Positions 48,247 through 61,389 of a stretch of DNA of 64,000 nt are shown piece after piece (position 1 is the first letter of the stretch; every line of letters begins with the position of its first letter). Origin of the DNA: Oikopleura dioica (taxonomy: Eukaryota; Animalia; Chordata); NCBI GenBank assembly GCA_907165135.1, contig OU015566.1, positions 1,736,001 through 1,800,000 on the forward strand. Reading direction: 5' to 3'. Under the pieces are notes generated by a model. The model was not told where the DNA came from. It was given only the letters and a program-made list of their open reading frames with translations, and did no database searches. The translations under genes were made by a program, and so were the position numbers.

Positions 48247-51037
48247 TCAAGGGCATCGAGCAGAGCTGGCGACGAGGAAGCCCCCGGAGCAGCATTTTTC
48301 TGTGGCAGGGGAGTAGGTAGATGACTAGGAGAAAAATAAGTTCTCTGAAATCAAGGAAGAGTATTTGGACTTACCCCGCAGCAGGCAGTGTTGACATTAT
48401 CGACATCGTAGAGATTGCCACCGCAGCATTCTTGCATCTAGAATTTACCCGTTTTTGAGCCGAAAAAGGGATGATTTTTTTACCTTGGAGCTGTATTTAT
48501 GATTTCCGCAGCAGGCATCTGGAGCGATGAAGTCAGTATTTCGCTCGTTCTGGATCTTGGTGCCGGTGAAAGTGGAGGCGATGAAGTCTGGTGATTGAGG
48601 GGCAGAAAGTTGCTCGTCGTGGAGGGCGATGACGGAAACGGTGTATTCATCGTATGGGTCGTAGCTTGGGCCGGAAACCTCGAACTAGAAAAAAGAAAAT
48701 AAAACAAAGTTCAGAACGGATTTTGTTCTCATTTTTAAAGGGCAAAATTTACGAGCACCCTTATCCCATACAACTTGCGCCGGATTTTGCGTCAAAAAAC
48801 GACTCAACTCCGAGAAAGATCGGCATGGAAATAAACGTTGACCCCGGTTCCCGGTAACTTTATTTATTGACCAAATAATTTTCTTGTGAATATAGAGATA
48901 CGAATGACGGGGGGAGAGAAAATGCAAGTCAGCAAGCAAATTCTCCTACTCAAGCAGAACCGAAGCAGAAGAAGTGTTGCAATGGTTACAATCTATGTGC
49001 CTTGATCATCATTCTAGCTATAATCGCTGGCTCTGTATTGGCTGCTATTTTTGCCCCCGGAAGCGGCCCAAGATCAAGATCGCATGGTAGAAGAATTGGT
49101 TAAAAATGACATGTTTAACAAAGGCTATTTAACTGAGAATAAAGGTTTAAACATACCCAGTAAAAATCTAAATGTTTCAAAAACATCTCAAATCTTTCAA
49201 GCTACAAAAAACTCTCAATAAGCCGCGTTTAGTAAAAACACGCGCTTCACATAAAATAAGCAGTCATGTCTATTTACACCCACCAAATCCCAGTCATTAG
49301 TTACCTCATTGCTGTTTCTGTCAATATCCTGGAACCACGGTTTTTGCGCGGTGACTGGAGTGAACGGGGCAAAGACGAGGCGGTATCCGTTTTCTGGCTT
49401 CTTTGCTCGGGGATGATCCCAGGACACTTTCATTGAGGTTGAGCCGAAGATGTCACGCTTGACGCGGAGGTTTTCGGGTCGGAGATAGGTTGGAACCTGA
49501 AGAGTTAATCGTTAGTTGGAGCATCAAACAGATCGTAGAGTAGATTGTTCTTGAGGAAAATAATGAGAAAAGTAGGATCAATTAACCTTATCATCAGAAA
49601 GATATTGTCAAAAACAACTTCAAAATCTAATTTGAAAATAAATTAAAAGAAAAATATAAAAACCTTCGAAAAATGGGCAGATTTTTTCACAAATTTTATC
49701 CTTCTTTTTTTTAAATTCAATTTTCTGGAGTTCAAAAAAAGAAAAGGTTCACGTGAAATTTTCATAAGCCTGTCACACTCAATTTGGGCTATCAACATCA
49801 AACGTTGGTTAGATCATTTCAACTCGTCATTTGCGGCCTCGCTTATGCAAATACTACCGAGTGCTGGTTTCTTAATCGCGCTTTATCGCTCTATCTTTCC
49901 TCTTTATTACCTGGCAATTCTGTTGTTTTGGGAAGTTGGACTCGGCATCGGCGATGGCGACGGAGATGGTTTCGGAAGGACCTTCGATGTCGTTGAGGAC
50001 GAATCGGACGGAAACAGTGTAGACGACGTTTTGGTATAGTCCCTCAATATTGGTCTGGGAGGTCCAGGCGCCGGGGAAGAAGGTGGGGGACTTGGTGAAG
50101 CCCTGGGGAGTGTTGGGAGAGTACTCGATCTTGACTTAGTTTGGCTTTCAGAATTGGGATTTTTCGAATCGAAAATTTGTTAAAAAATAAACTTGGCAAT
50201 GGAAATCGAAAGATATGATTTGTATCTTTCATCAGTGATAAATCATCACATTTGCCGTCTCTTCTATTCAATTTGTCCGTCTTATCACCGAACAAGCCCA
50301 CGTGACGGGCCACCTGCCAGAGCTAGCAGCATGAAAATATTTTCTGAGAGCCATTCCTGAATCATATTCTTGACTTGGCGAGTCCCAAGCGAGGAGGACA
50401 TCGGCTCGTTCCCAATCTCGGATGTTTTCTTCGACAACAGTGAGTCCAGTGGGCTTTGGTGGGAGTGAAGTGACTTCGAATTCAAAGGGCTTGGACCAAG
50501 CGTCGTTGAATGGGTTTTCGCAATCGTCGCACGCGGCGGCTTGGACCATGTATTTTCGAGAAACGCCTTTTCCGAGGACGATTTGAAGATTCGTGTCGCT
50601 AGTGAAATATCTCTCGCTGGAATCGTCTACATTGGTGATGACGTACTGGTCTGGTGTTTCTCCCTGTCGGTTGTCTGCTGGTTGCCATTCTACCCAAACG
50701 GTACTGGCGTATCGGGCGACAGTGATGACGTTTTGAACTGGCTGTGGGGAGGTCCAGGCGGAGAAGGAAGTTGGGGTTCCAGTCTCAGAGCCGGATCGGG
50801 GGATCAAAGTGACATCGTATTTTCGGTGGGTTTTGAGTCGATCGATGTTGATAGAATTATCTCTTTTCTTATCGAACTTGACGCTTCCTGCTCTCTTTCC
50901 ATCCTGGTCGGTGACGATGACATCCCAGCTGTCGACGCTGTCGGAACCAGCGACATCCCAGTTGAAGAAAAGTCGAGTTCCACGGGTTTTGTAGACATCG
51001 ACATTTGTTGCTTGGGCATCAATAGCTGCTTGTGCTC
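48247..51037 (-). CDS. Fibronectin type III repeat protein with C-terminal galaxin-like CCG repeats (5' end not located)
   Basis: FN3 patterns (VWVEWQP..., PPKPTGLTV...LAWDSP, PENLRV...KVSWDHP...GYRL); C-terminus DACCGNHKYSSK|MQECCGGNLY...TACCG|SSTYSPATEKCCSGG...CP*. Confidence 0.75.
48825..49103 (+). CDS. Small single-pass membrane protein nested antisense in an FN3-gene intron
   Basis: Exons 48825-48853 (frame open from acceptor at 48741) and 48896-49103; KQKKCCNGYNLCALIIILAIIAGSVLAAIF; lies within host intron 48685-49304. Confidence 0.6.
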
Positions 51038-53065
51038 CTTAAAATTCTGTTAGTCAATGTCCAGCTCTCTAGAATCCCTCTTTTTGGGTTAAAATCTTGA
51101 TAACTTGAGTCTCCCCACTTAAAAATTGAGCGATCCATCAAATTAAAACAGCTTGGCTTCGTGAAATTCACCGATTAGCCCTCAAATCATTTGGCGTGAT
51201 TCCGCTGCTCAAATTTCAGAATTTTGAGCTGCTCATTGCATTTAAAATTCTCGAAATCGTGAAAAAAAAATCACTTTAGCGAAAATTCTCTAAAAAATAA
51301 TATTTCGCAATTTGCCCGGCTCGAGCTAAGAAGATAGCTGGCAATAAATCAAATTAATTACGCGACAGCTACTAGTCAAAATATCAGACCGCGAAATCTT
51401 AGACCGCGTTAAATGTCCACTCAAGAATCTTACATAACTGATATTTTGACTGACATGATTCTGTTCACGTAACTTTGTAAATAGACTTCTCGGAAACTTG
51501 CGGCATTTCCCGTTTTTACGAAAATGGCCAGAATATAATCGAGGTAAGAATTTTGCAATAAAAATATTTTAATTTAAAACTCCGAATTTTCGATACAAAA
51601 AAGGAATTTCTTGCAAAGAGCTGGTGAGTCATTTTGTAATTCTTATTAGAATTTTCTCAAGAATTTCAATCTCTTGCAAATCATCCTAATCATTTATAAG
51701 CATGCAATAATCGAATTTCCACGTGCTTTCATAATTGAACGAATCCGCAGATGAGTGACCCTAACTGGACTTTCTGCTGTTTTCGAGGGAACTCGGTTTG
51801 CCACCCGCTTAATCCCCGCAACTTAGAGCGGGCGAGTTTTAACCGGGTTGACATGGCCGTCACGTGGTTGTATAGAGTACAAAGTTTGCACGTTTTAGAA
51901 CAAGTTGAAATGTCTCTTTTGAAAGTGAGCAAAGATTTTAAGACATTATTAGTTTTATGACCACAGACTACGGTTCAATCATCAAAATAGCAATAATTTC
52001 GATTGATTCGATTTGGCAAAAAAGAAAATTCTATAGTAAGATTAAAAAATGGAACAAGAACTCTTAAAATGAATTTTTTCTTGATAATTTTCTTAAGGGT
52101 GTAGCGTCCAAATTCATTTTTTAACCAAAAGTCGTGATTTTTGCCTTATTTTGGGCTTTTTCAAGGTTTTTTTTAATAAAACATGTCAAATTGTCTTTAT
52201 TTTATAGAAAAACAAATAAATTTCGAGAAAAAATATTAAATAATTGAAGAAAAAAATGGTGTATCTTATTTTTTACCTGCTAGAAACGAAAGTCCAGCAA
52301 CCAACTTCATCTTCTTCTGATTAGTTCCTGTTCTCTTTTTCTTTCAAATATACAAAACTAACAAAAAAAGAAGCGCTTGGCGTAATTTTTCCTACTTTTA
52401 CGGTGGTGGAGCAGCACAGAAACCGTCCGGGCGGCTCCGGCGCGCCACCTCGCGGAGCACCACCGACGCGGTGAAGGGACACAAAAAGCACCAAATGAGC
52501 ACCTAGGGGCATACTGACAAATTCTGAGCTGCTAAGAATGGCTTTGCTAAAGGTTTACACGATTGCGGGGCATTTAAAATCTACATCTCTTGGATTTAGT
52601 TCTGTTAAGCGACACACACTAAACTAGCATTTTGAAGGATTATCTATCTTACAAGGAAATTATAATTCATAAATACAGACAGATTTAGTGAGTTCTGGTT
52701 TCCTTATCCTTCTTCTAGAAAAATTTCAGTACGATATCATTGATAAACTTGAAAGCGAGAAATTTAACGGCTACAAATTAAATTTCCTTGATGATTTATT
52801 AAAAACTAAAATTTTCGCTTTATTCATCGTCGCGTGAAAAATCAACTTTGTCTTATTAAATTAAATCAAGCCTTCTGAGGCTTTTCTAAACGGACCTTTT
52901 GGATTTCTATATTTTTGTTAAAAGAGTGGCCCGTTAGTTGTCATAATAGACTTTGCTTATGTAAAACAAGTGTTACGTTTGTCAATGCGCACGATTCAGA
53001 TTCAACATTGTTTATTTCTTCTAAATTTCACGAATAATCACAATATTGTTATGCCTTAATAAGTT

Positions 53066-54261
53066 CTATTCTTCAATTGTCTTCTCTGTGAATGAAACAG
53101 TAAAAGTGATAAGTTCTTGGTCAAAATGATCTTTGTCGATAAAGAGTTGAAATTCAAAGATATTACTTGGAATGTCTTCATCCTTCAAAGAGACCAAAGA
53201 AGTCTCGTAGTATTCATCCAGCGATGAGTGTATTTCGAGATAAGTATTAAGCGGAGTTTGCAACGCAAACAAAACAATAAAATATGGCTCTTCTTCTTTT
53301 ATGTAAAGCTCGAATGCATAATCGTTCCTTTCAATACACGTAGAGGGTTCTTTGAAATATTTTTTCGGCACATAAAAGACTTTAGGAAATTCTTCGATGT
53401 CTTTAAAATAATTTTTGCCAAAAGGATCATCTCCGAAGAATGCTTTGAACTTTAAGTTATCAATCCCAGCTTCGAGGGCAGTAAGAAAAAGATTTATATC
53501 TTTCGCCTGATGACACACGCTCGAATTTTCACCAAGAAGAAATTTCTCGATAATGTAAACTCTTTCGTGTTGTTTTAGCTTGATTTTCCTCAAGATCTTC
53601 AGTTGAGCTTCTTGAGTTTCCGAATCGTCAAAAAGTTTTGTGATTTTCCGCTCATGCTCTTTTATCCCTTCAGCTATTTTGATATTGATTTTTTCTAAAT
53701 TTTCATTTGCTTTTAATATCATCACTCTTTGTTGCTCATGTTCTTTTTTCGATGAGGCGTGTTTTTGCTCGAGAATATCAAGCTTCCCATTAAAAGTTGA
53801 TTTATACTCGTCGGTTATTTGCTCAATATTGTTGAGATGCATTTCCAACACGACAATTTTCGAGTTTTGCCCACTGATTCTTGTTTCAAGATCATCAATT
53901 TTTTTCTGTTTGAGATTATTTTGTTGCTTAAGATCCTCAATCTTCTCGCTCAATGCTTTGACTGTCTCTTTTTGTTCTTGGCGCTCAGAAGAAATTTTTT
54001 TCTCAAATTGTTCCTTTACCAAAAGAATTTTTCTGTCATTCTCGAGCTCTCCATGAAGTCGAAAGTCACGTTCTTTTTTAAGGTCATTTTTAAGCAGATC
54101 GATCGATTTTTTCAGCATTTCAATATCTCAATAATTGCTTTTAGTTTTAAGAGGACAAAAAACTTTCTGCTACCTGATTGAGACGCATAATTAACAGTCT
54201 CGTGATAGGCATTTTGCGAGTTTGTGATGTATTTAATAGAATATCTTCTCTCCGATGACAT
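53066..54261 (-). CDS. Uncharacterised coiled-coil protein (382 aa)
   Basis: 350 aa ORF extended by exon 54261-54174 through a 47 nt GT-AG intron; heptad-rich N-terminal half. Confidence 0.7.
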
Positions 54262-54711
54262 TTTTTTAATGAATAGTTTTTGTGACAAAGCGCTGCCTAA
54301 CTTCACTGCAAGTTGAGTGAGAAAATCAAATAAGAAACCTCTTTGAAAAAGATGAGCTCAAATAAAAGACCACAAATATTCGCTGAATAACTCGAAAATC
54401 CTGAATTACCGGAAAAGGGCTGCGTGGAGCACGGCCGGTAACTCGGCGGTCATGGGTTCCGTTTTTCAACGCGTAGCTTAAAATCTCGGATTTGTTCAAA
54501 ACCGAAATTTAGGTTTTTCTTGATTTTGGACAGCTCATCTTTCTTTTACCAGAAATGTTTATACGAAACAGTTTTATCAACCGTTCAACGAAAATATCTC
54601 ACCAAAAGAAAAGATAACACAAGGGTTCAAAATTTGCAAATAAGTATATTTTGGCATACAGATCACGGAAATGTTGGATTGGGTTTGATTCGTTGACGAT
54701 CAATTCTATGT

Positions 54712-55965
54712 TCAGTTCGACTTGGAGAGCTTGAGTACGTGCCATTGCGACGACGGCAGTTTTGGACTGAGAAGATATTGAAAAAATAATTGGATTTTAA
54801 ATAATTGATTAACCTTGAAATCATATCTCGCCAGTGTTGTCGCTCTAATGAACTTCCCTTGTGGCCAAGAATCACCTGAAAAAAATAGCCAATATCAGAA
54901 TGACTCCCTTAATTTTTACCTTTCCGATGCATTCGTTTCTTCCGATTCTATCCTTGTCCATTACAATCACTTCCAGCGTGTAATCTTTCAGCTTCTCCAT
55001 CGGGATATAAAACTCAAATTGCTCGTTGAATTCCGGGTTCAAGGTGTTTTTCTTCACCGCCGTCTTTTTCTTCTCCGTTCTTTGGCCTCGATGATGCAGC
55101 CAAATTTTCGTATACGGATCTTGGGTGGGTTAGACAAACGGAGAGAAACTGGTTAATACCTGATGAGCCGTTGAGGTCCATCGCGCGAAGATTTGATCCT
55201 TTGATGATTCCCAAGACGAGACGGCCCTCCAGGGGGACGTACATCAGCGAGATCAACAACTGCCCGCGTTTTTGCTAAACATCCATCATTTTTCTATTGC
55301 CTTTCAAAGCGATTTCTTACCGTGGCTGTGCAGGGAGCGAGAGGCTCTGTGAATGTTTGTGGATCGGAGGATAGATGGACTCGATTGAGTTGTACAAAGA
55401 CCTGAAAATTGGTAGAATCGGACCAAATTTTCGACAAAAAAGCCTTTTTCATATCAGTAAATACCTCTCCTATCGGATCATTTCTTGAGAACCGATCCCA
55501 ATCCATCATCTGAAGATACAGTACTCGCTGAGAGATCTTCTCAAAAGGATAATCTAGAATTTTATAAAGGAAAACATCCATTTTTAAAAGATACTTTGAA
55601 ATACTAAGGACTCATTCCATTGAGGATTCAGTGTTTTTCTCCGCACTTTTGTCTCCAGTTTGTTTTTCTTATCGGGAAGCAAGCAAACCTGAATTATGGT
55701 GAAGGGGTGATCTTACTGAATGAGAGCGCTGATGGCGACTGTACTTTGACAAACGGATCTGAGGTTCCGGAAATGTCCATGGCAGGAATTTTGTCCGCTT
55801 TCATAATTTTGACTTTTTTGGGTCATCAATTTTTGCTTCAGAAATTTTTTTCTGTAACAAAAGTTCGGCGCGATTATTGACCCTGACTATAAATGTGGAG
55901 CTTGAGAAATCATAAGCAAGGCTGAATTTGATCGTCCCGAGTCCATAATTCTTCTGTTGATCTTT
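54712..55965 (-). CDS. SYT7: Synaptotagmin-7-like tandem C2A/C2B region (N-terminus not resolved)
   Basis: [12 protein letters not shown]|[71 protein letters not shown]...QWHVLK; closely follows the SYT7 pattern. Confidence 0.88.
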
Positions 55966-57899
55966 CTACAAAATAATACTAGTTAAATTGTTAACGTCCA
56001 AAGAAATTTTACGATGTCATTGATTGTTTCAGTAACTGACTGTATTCCGGCAGTTATTTTTCCCAGAATACCCCCAGACTCTTCCGTCGACCCAGTGTTA
56101 GTCAGCCCTTGATTTTGTCTAATCAAAGCGTTCAATAATGGGAAAACTGAAATTATCATCGTGACACCCTTATTTTCATCATTTTTTATCTTGAAAATGA
56201 GTCATTTTCTTTATTTGAATGCTCTTTCTTTGGCCTGAATTTGCAGTAACAGCGTCGTTGTTGACTGCACTGTTGTCTGGTACAGTATTCGTCTGCTCCT
56301 GACTACTGAGGCGAGACATTAGCGCAAATGACAGCCTTCGCGACGCATTGATAAATCCGGATCCCTTTAATTCGGTTTGATTCTCTCTTTTATCCCTCTT
56401 TTAGGATCATCTCTTTCCTTTGCTGCAAAATGACTGTACTGTCTAATTATACGAAAGAGGGTGGATTAAGCTTTTGTCATTGACTCAGTTCGCAAACGAC
56501 AATGGGGAAAAAGGGGGTGAAAACTGGGTAAAGATCGGTTTAAAGTATTGATGAAAGTGTGCTCTCGAAATCGGCAAATAAAGTGAACAACCGGTACTGC
56601 GGCAACTACGGAGTCTGTAACGCATCAATTTTTAATTGGCTTGGGAGAACAGCTATTTTAGATATTTTGTTGGATCTAAGAGGGCATTATTAATGCCGCA
56701 TTAAGGAGGTGTGGGGCGACTTGGCGAAGATTCGAATTTTAAAATTTTCTTTCTATTTTTAGAAAGCCCACATCAAGAGCATCAAAAAAGGTCTCCAGCT
56801 TTTTTTCTCAATGCCAACAAAAGTTGGTTAAAAACGGGATTGAAAATTGGCATTTCTATGAAAATTCGTGAAATCAGATTTTTTAAAGTCTTTTAAATGC
56901 AATTATTTTAATATTTTTAGAAAGCTTACGACTCGCTGAGTATTTTTATTCATAAGAGTGACTCACTTATCTAACTGTATTACGAGTTTGTGCAATTTTA
57001 AATTTTTTTTTTTTGACAATTTGAAACCCAATTTTCGATTCAAGTTTTTAAATAAGCAATTTTTGCGAAAAATTAAATTCCTTCAATTAAACCCTAGAAC
57101 AGCGATGGAAATTTCTTTTTATCATCAAAATTTAAAAAAATTAAAATATTTTCATTAAAAAAATCGCGTTCAAAAATGACGCAAAATGACGATTTTCACG
57201 GGAATGACTTGGAGTCGAGGTCATTATGGCCAAAATCCCTTAATCATTTTTTCTGAAAAAATTTTCAACTCTAGTTTAGAGTCCAATCTATAAATAGAAG
57301 AAGAGTTTTTATAAATTTTATTACCCATCTGAGCCTGAGGGCTGTTTGAAAATGGTCGATTTGCCGAAAATTGCCCCACACCTCCTTAAGCTGTCTTTCA
57401 AAGGACTTTTTGAGTCAAATTGTAGGAAATTTCTTTGAAAAAATGCTCTGTTTTGAGTCAAAACGCCATAAAACCGTTCCAACTCAAGAAAACCTTCTTG
57501 GCTGCTGGAATTTTTCAAGTCTTGTTTTTGACTGTTCATCATTATCTCTCAATTTTCAAAAATGCTTTTGACGCAAAAAGTTTCGCCTGATATGGGTTCT
57601 GTTAAAAACCACGATCCATCATTAGCGAGTGAATTTGAGATGAGATTTTTATTTTTTTAGTAGGTGTTTTGCCACAAGAAAAATAGCATTTCCACGATCA
57701 ATATTATTTTCTCAAACAGATGTCTATCAGATTCTATGAATAAAGATCTTGATGGGGTAAAAGGAATGTCAAAATCAAACCGACCTCGTCATCTGATGCG
57801 CAAGAGTATCGTTTTTGAGAGTTCTTTTCAAAGTTCACAAAAATTTGAAAAAAAAGCTTTTTGTCAATTTTTAAATCGCGTGGGCGGCTTATAAAAAGC

Positions 57900-59512
57900 C
57901 ATATTGGCTCCTCATTCGTCAGATTGACAGAATCAGGTTTCTTATTGGTTCGAAATTTTCAACCAATAAGATCCCAGAATTCGGTCTTTCAGCGAATCAG
58001 CAAGCGAAAATGACCGAGTTCTTGAACACCTCGAACTTCCTCCGAAAATACTCATTGGCCCTTTCATCAAGGCTAGATGCTCTTGGTCTACTATTCTTCC
58101 GAAAGCTCGAAGCTCTAGAAGCGATCCTCGAAACATTTGGAGTCAAAAAGATAGACTCTTTTCTCGTCATTTTTTCTCTTTTTCTCTTCTGATTCGAGAT
58201 AATCAAGTGGTGAACTTTTTTTCGCGAGGGGCTGCTGATTCCTTTTACAAGTTGATTGAAAATTCATGATAACTTGAGCTTGTAAGGCCGCACTTCTTAG
58301 AAAAGTCTGTTGCCCGCTTTTTCAATGCGTTCTCATTTTGCGTCTCGGATTCAGGATTAATAATCGGCTCAGTCGGTCTTCGATTCAAGGACGAGACAAA
58401 TTAGCAAAAATGGAATCCAAATGCATGAAAAAGGGATTTGCGATTGGGATTATTTTTGAACGTTTAGGGGTTGAACCTGCTTTTTTATGCTACATTGGTC
58501 TACAAATTCTTCGTTTAAAGGGGGTAGAAACAGCTTTCTCGATTTTGGACTTCAGCTACATAAAAGAAAACAAAATATTTATTAATGTTAACGGAAATTC
58601 CTCATAAATGTTCCTACTAGGAACTTCCTAGAAAAGGGACTGAGATTCACAAAACTGTGACTGAAATTTGCTTAACTATCAGGTGACTCGAGATATTCCT
58701 ATTTGAAAAGTGGCGAAAATCGAGAATTTCGGAGAGATGAGTTGCTTCTTAGCCCGCTTTCTCAAAAAATTGATGACTAAAAAAAATTTCGAGAGAAACG
58801 TTCCTAGATCTAAGATGAATCTATCTAAACCTGAAGAGAAAATTTGAAAATGTAAGATTCTCTTGTCTGTAGCGCCGGTCAAAAATCGCCTTTTTCGGAA
58901 AAAAGCTGTTACTACCCCGTTAAAGCTAACCCTAACCCTAGCCCTTCGTTTTCAAGCTAATAACAGATCTCATCCTAACCCTAACTCTAACCCTAACCCT
59001 TCCTTTGGGCACAAAAGAGAACGGGTCCTTAAATTAGCTTCGTTATCCGCCTGAATCTCTGAATAAAAAGGAAAACCCAACGACCATCTCCTGTGCTGAC
59101 AATGCTCCTGTTAACGGTGTTCTCTCAGATCATCAATAAAACATAGATTAGAAAACAGGTACATAACGATACGCATTCATGTCAGAAAACGTCTCATCTC
59201 CGGTTTTCACCCTTCCTCTGTAACAGTTCGCTCGTCAAGCTCATTTCCAGACGACGATTTTCTTGAGTGCGGATTTGAGCAATTATCGCTGCAAAGTGAT
59301 CGAGTCAAATTTCGGAAGTTTTCGTTTCGAGATTGGCGGCGTTGTTTCAAGTAGTACTCGCGTCGTAAATTCTCATCCATGATTTCATCAGCATCTTCTT
59401 CCTTTTTCTCTTCCCCCTCGCATTCTCTCAGTTTGATTTCTCGACCGATAAGGCTTTTCTTTCTTGACTCTCGAGGACCGACATGATCACTGTCAGAAAA
59501 TCTCGTCGCCAT
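57900..59512 (-). CDS. Possible low-complexity coding exons (upstream part of the SYT7-like gene or a separate gene)
   Basis: 101 aa ATG ORF at 59512-59207 and further coding-like segments at ~58400-57990; junctions not resolved. Confidence 0.35.
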
Positions 59513-59917
59513 TTATGTTCTTTTCGTCTCTCTGGTAGATATTTTGAATAATTCACGACGAAAGTCGGATTTTTCGCGTTCAGAGTGGATGGGAGCCACG
59601 ACTCGAAATAAGACGTTTTTGCATATTATATATTTCACCAAGGCTCTTCTTCATTCCCAGCTAATCTAAGTATTGTAATAACCAGCATACAAGCCAAAAA
59701 GTCGATGAAAATCACATTTGACTTAGAGCAAAAATTGATGACTCATCAATAAGTTCAAAAGGCAATTTCAGAGTTGGCACAAAAGAAAACAAAAAAAAGA
59801 AGGACTAATTAAGTTAGTCCTGTGCTCTTATTCAATCCTTATTATACATTAACTGATAGGCCTCATTTAAATATTGTTGATAAGAGTTGGTGCCCGGGGG
59901 TTGTTAGCACGGATTAA

Positions 59918-61389
59918 GGGACCTGGGCGAGCAGCGCTGAGCCAAACTTCACGCGCTCGCCCAGAGTTTGAAATTTTCGTGACTCGCGAGCGGCTCACTT
60001 GAGAGCGAGCGAGCACGAGCATGATGCTCTTTGTGCTCCCGAGCACATTTATTTCAGGGCTCGTGCTCTTTGCGCTCGCGAGCGCATTTCATTTCGCGCT
60101 CTCGCTCTCTTGGCTCTCGAGCACTGGTCGAATCGTGCTCTCGCTCGATCGGCTCTCGAGCTGAAAAAAATGACTCGCGAGCAGCTTTCAAGGGCCTTAA
60201 ATGATTCGGCGGCCCCGTGACTAATTCCATATGAGTCCCTGTCACACGAGTTAGCACCTCGCGGTGGGCATGTTTTATCTGTTTACTCTCGGCTTTTCGC
60301 ATTCTGCTGCCGAATTCTAAGCCTAATGAAGCTTACATAAAACCGAAAACAACAAAAATAGATCCTCAAAGAAATTTATTTATGAAAGTGAATAATTATG
60401 CGAAAAAATTATTCTTTTAATTTTGCTCGCGAGCCGCTCGTGAGTCAATTCCATGGCGAGCACAAGAGCAGCCGCTCCCGCTCGTCTAGCTCCCGAGCAT
60501 TGCCGACATATGCGCTCGTGCTCTCTGCGCTCGCGAGCGGGTTCAAATTTGGGCTCGTGCTCTTTTGGCTCTCGAGCCAACTCATTTTCATGCTCCCGCT
60601 CCCCTGCTCTCAGAGCAATGATAAATTTTTGCTCTCGCTCTTTTCGCTCGCGAGCATTTGCGAGCATTTCAAACTCTGCGCTCGCCGTTCTTCTTAGAAA
60701 TAAGATTTTTTGAAATTTCTTTTTGTAAATTATATCTCCAAATCTTCAGCTTTCTTTTCCGATTCTAAGTTTTTCTCTATCATTCTTGGTTGATGAGCTA
60801 GCGAGAAAATGAGAAGCCCAACTTCAAAAGGCATCAAGTCTTGTAGACTAAATTTTTTCTTCATGAAACTAGCACCATTGAAAAGAGCGTTAAATTCTGA
60901 ACAGATCCCACTTCATCAGCTAAACTAAATCTGTACATACTGGAGATAGAGGCCAGATAAACAAGATAACTTAGCGCCCGCGCAGCGGGAATCATGTCCA
61001 GGAAGCCCAAAATAGCTAAATCGGAGCGTCCAGCCGCGCCGCGACCAGCTGCGCGCGCTAAGTAATTTTCTTAATCTGGCCTTACACGCCAATAAGTACG
61101 GACTTAGTTTAGCTGATGGAGTGGGATCTGTTCAGAATTTAACGCTCTTTTCAATGGTGCTAGTTTCATGAAGAAAAAATTTAGTCTGCAAGACTTGATG
61201 CCTTTTGAAGTTGGGCTTCTCATTTTCTCGCTAGCTCATCAACCAAGAATGATAGAGAAAAACTTAGAATCGAAAAAGAAAGCTGAAGATTTGGAGATAT
61301 AATTTACAAAAAGAAATTTCAAAAAATCTTATTTCTAAGAAGAACGGCGAGCGCGTGAAGTTTGGCTCAGCGCTGCTCGCCCAGGTCCC
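59918..61389. mobile_element. Palindromic MITE (~750 bp when empty) with TTAA duplication and GGG ends
   Basis: TTAA|GGGACCTGGGCGAGC ... GCTCGCCCAGGTCCC|TTAA; arms are near-perfect reverse complements around a ~55 nt spacer near 61010. Confidence 0.9.
59962..60678. mobile_element. hAT-type MITE (717 bp) nested in the left arm of the palindromic MITE
   Basis: TIR CAGAGTTTGAAAT; 8 bp duplication CGCTCGCC; interior rich in GCTCGCGAGC repeats. Confidence 0.92.

Larger units (their letters stand above)
42862..48280. repeat. Near-identical 2.5 kb tandem duplication (42862-45376; 45377-48280)
   Basis: ORFs repeat at offset 2515, then 2904 after the MITE; differences seen are the MITE and a one-base indel near 47810. 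Confidence 0.95.

Noticed and set aside
51480-52320. Possible plus-strand gene (69 aa ORF at 51751 plus nearby splice-like sites)
   Set aside because: No consistent in-frame exon chain could be built; left unresolved
59999-60713. Arg/Ala/Glu-rich ORFs on both strands
   Set aside because: Derived from GCTCGCGAGC repeats inside the hAT MITE
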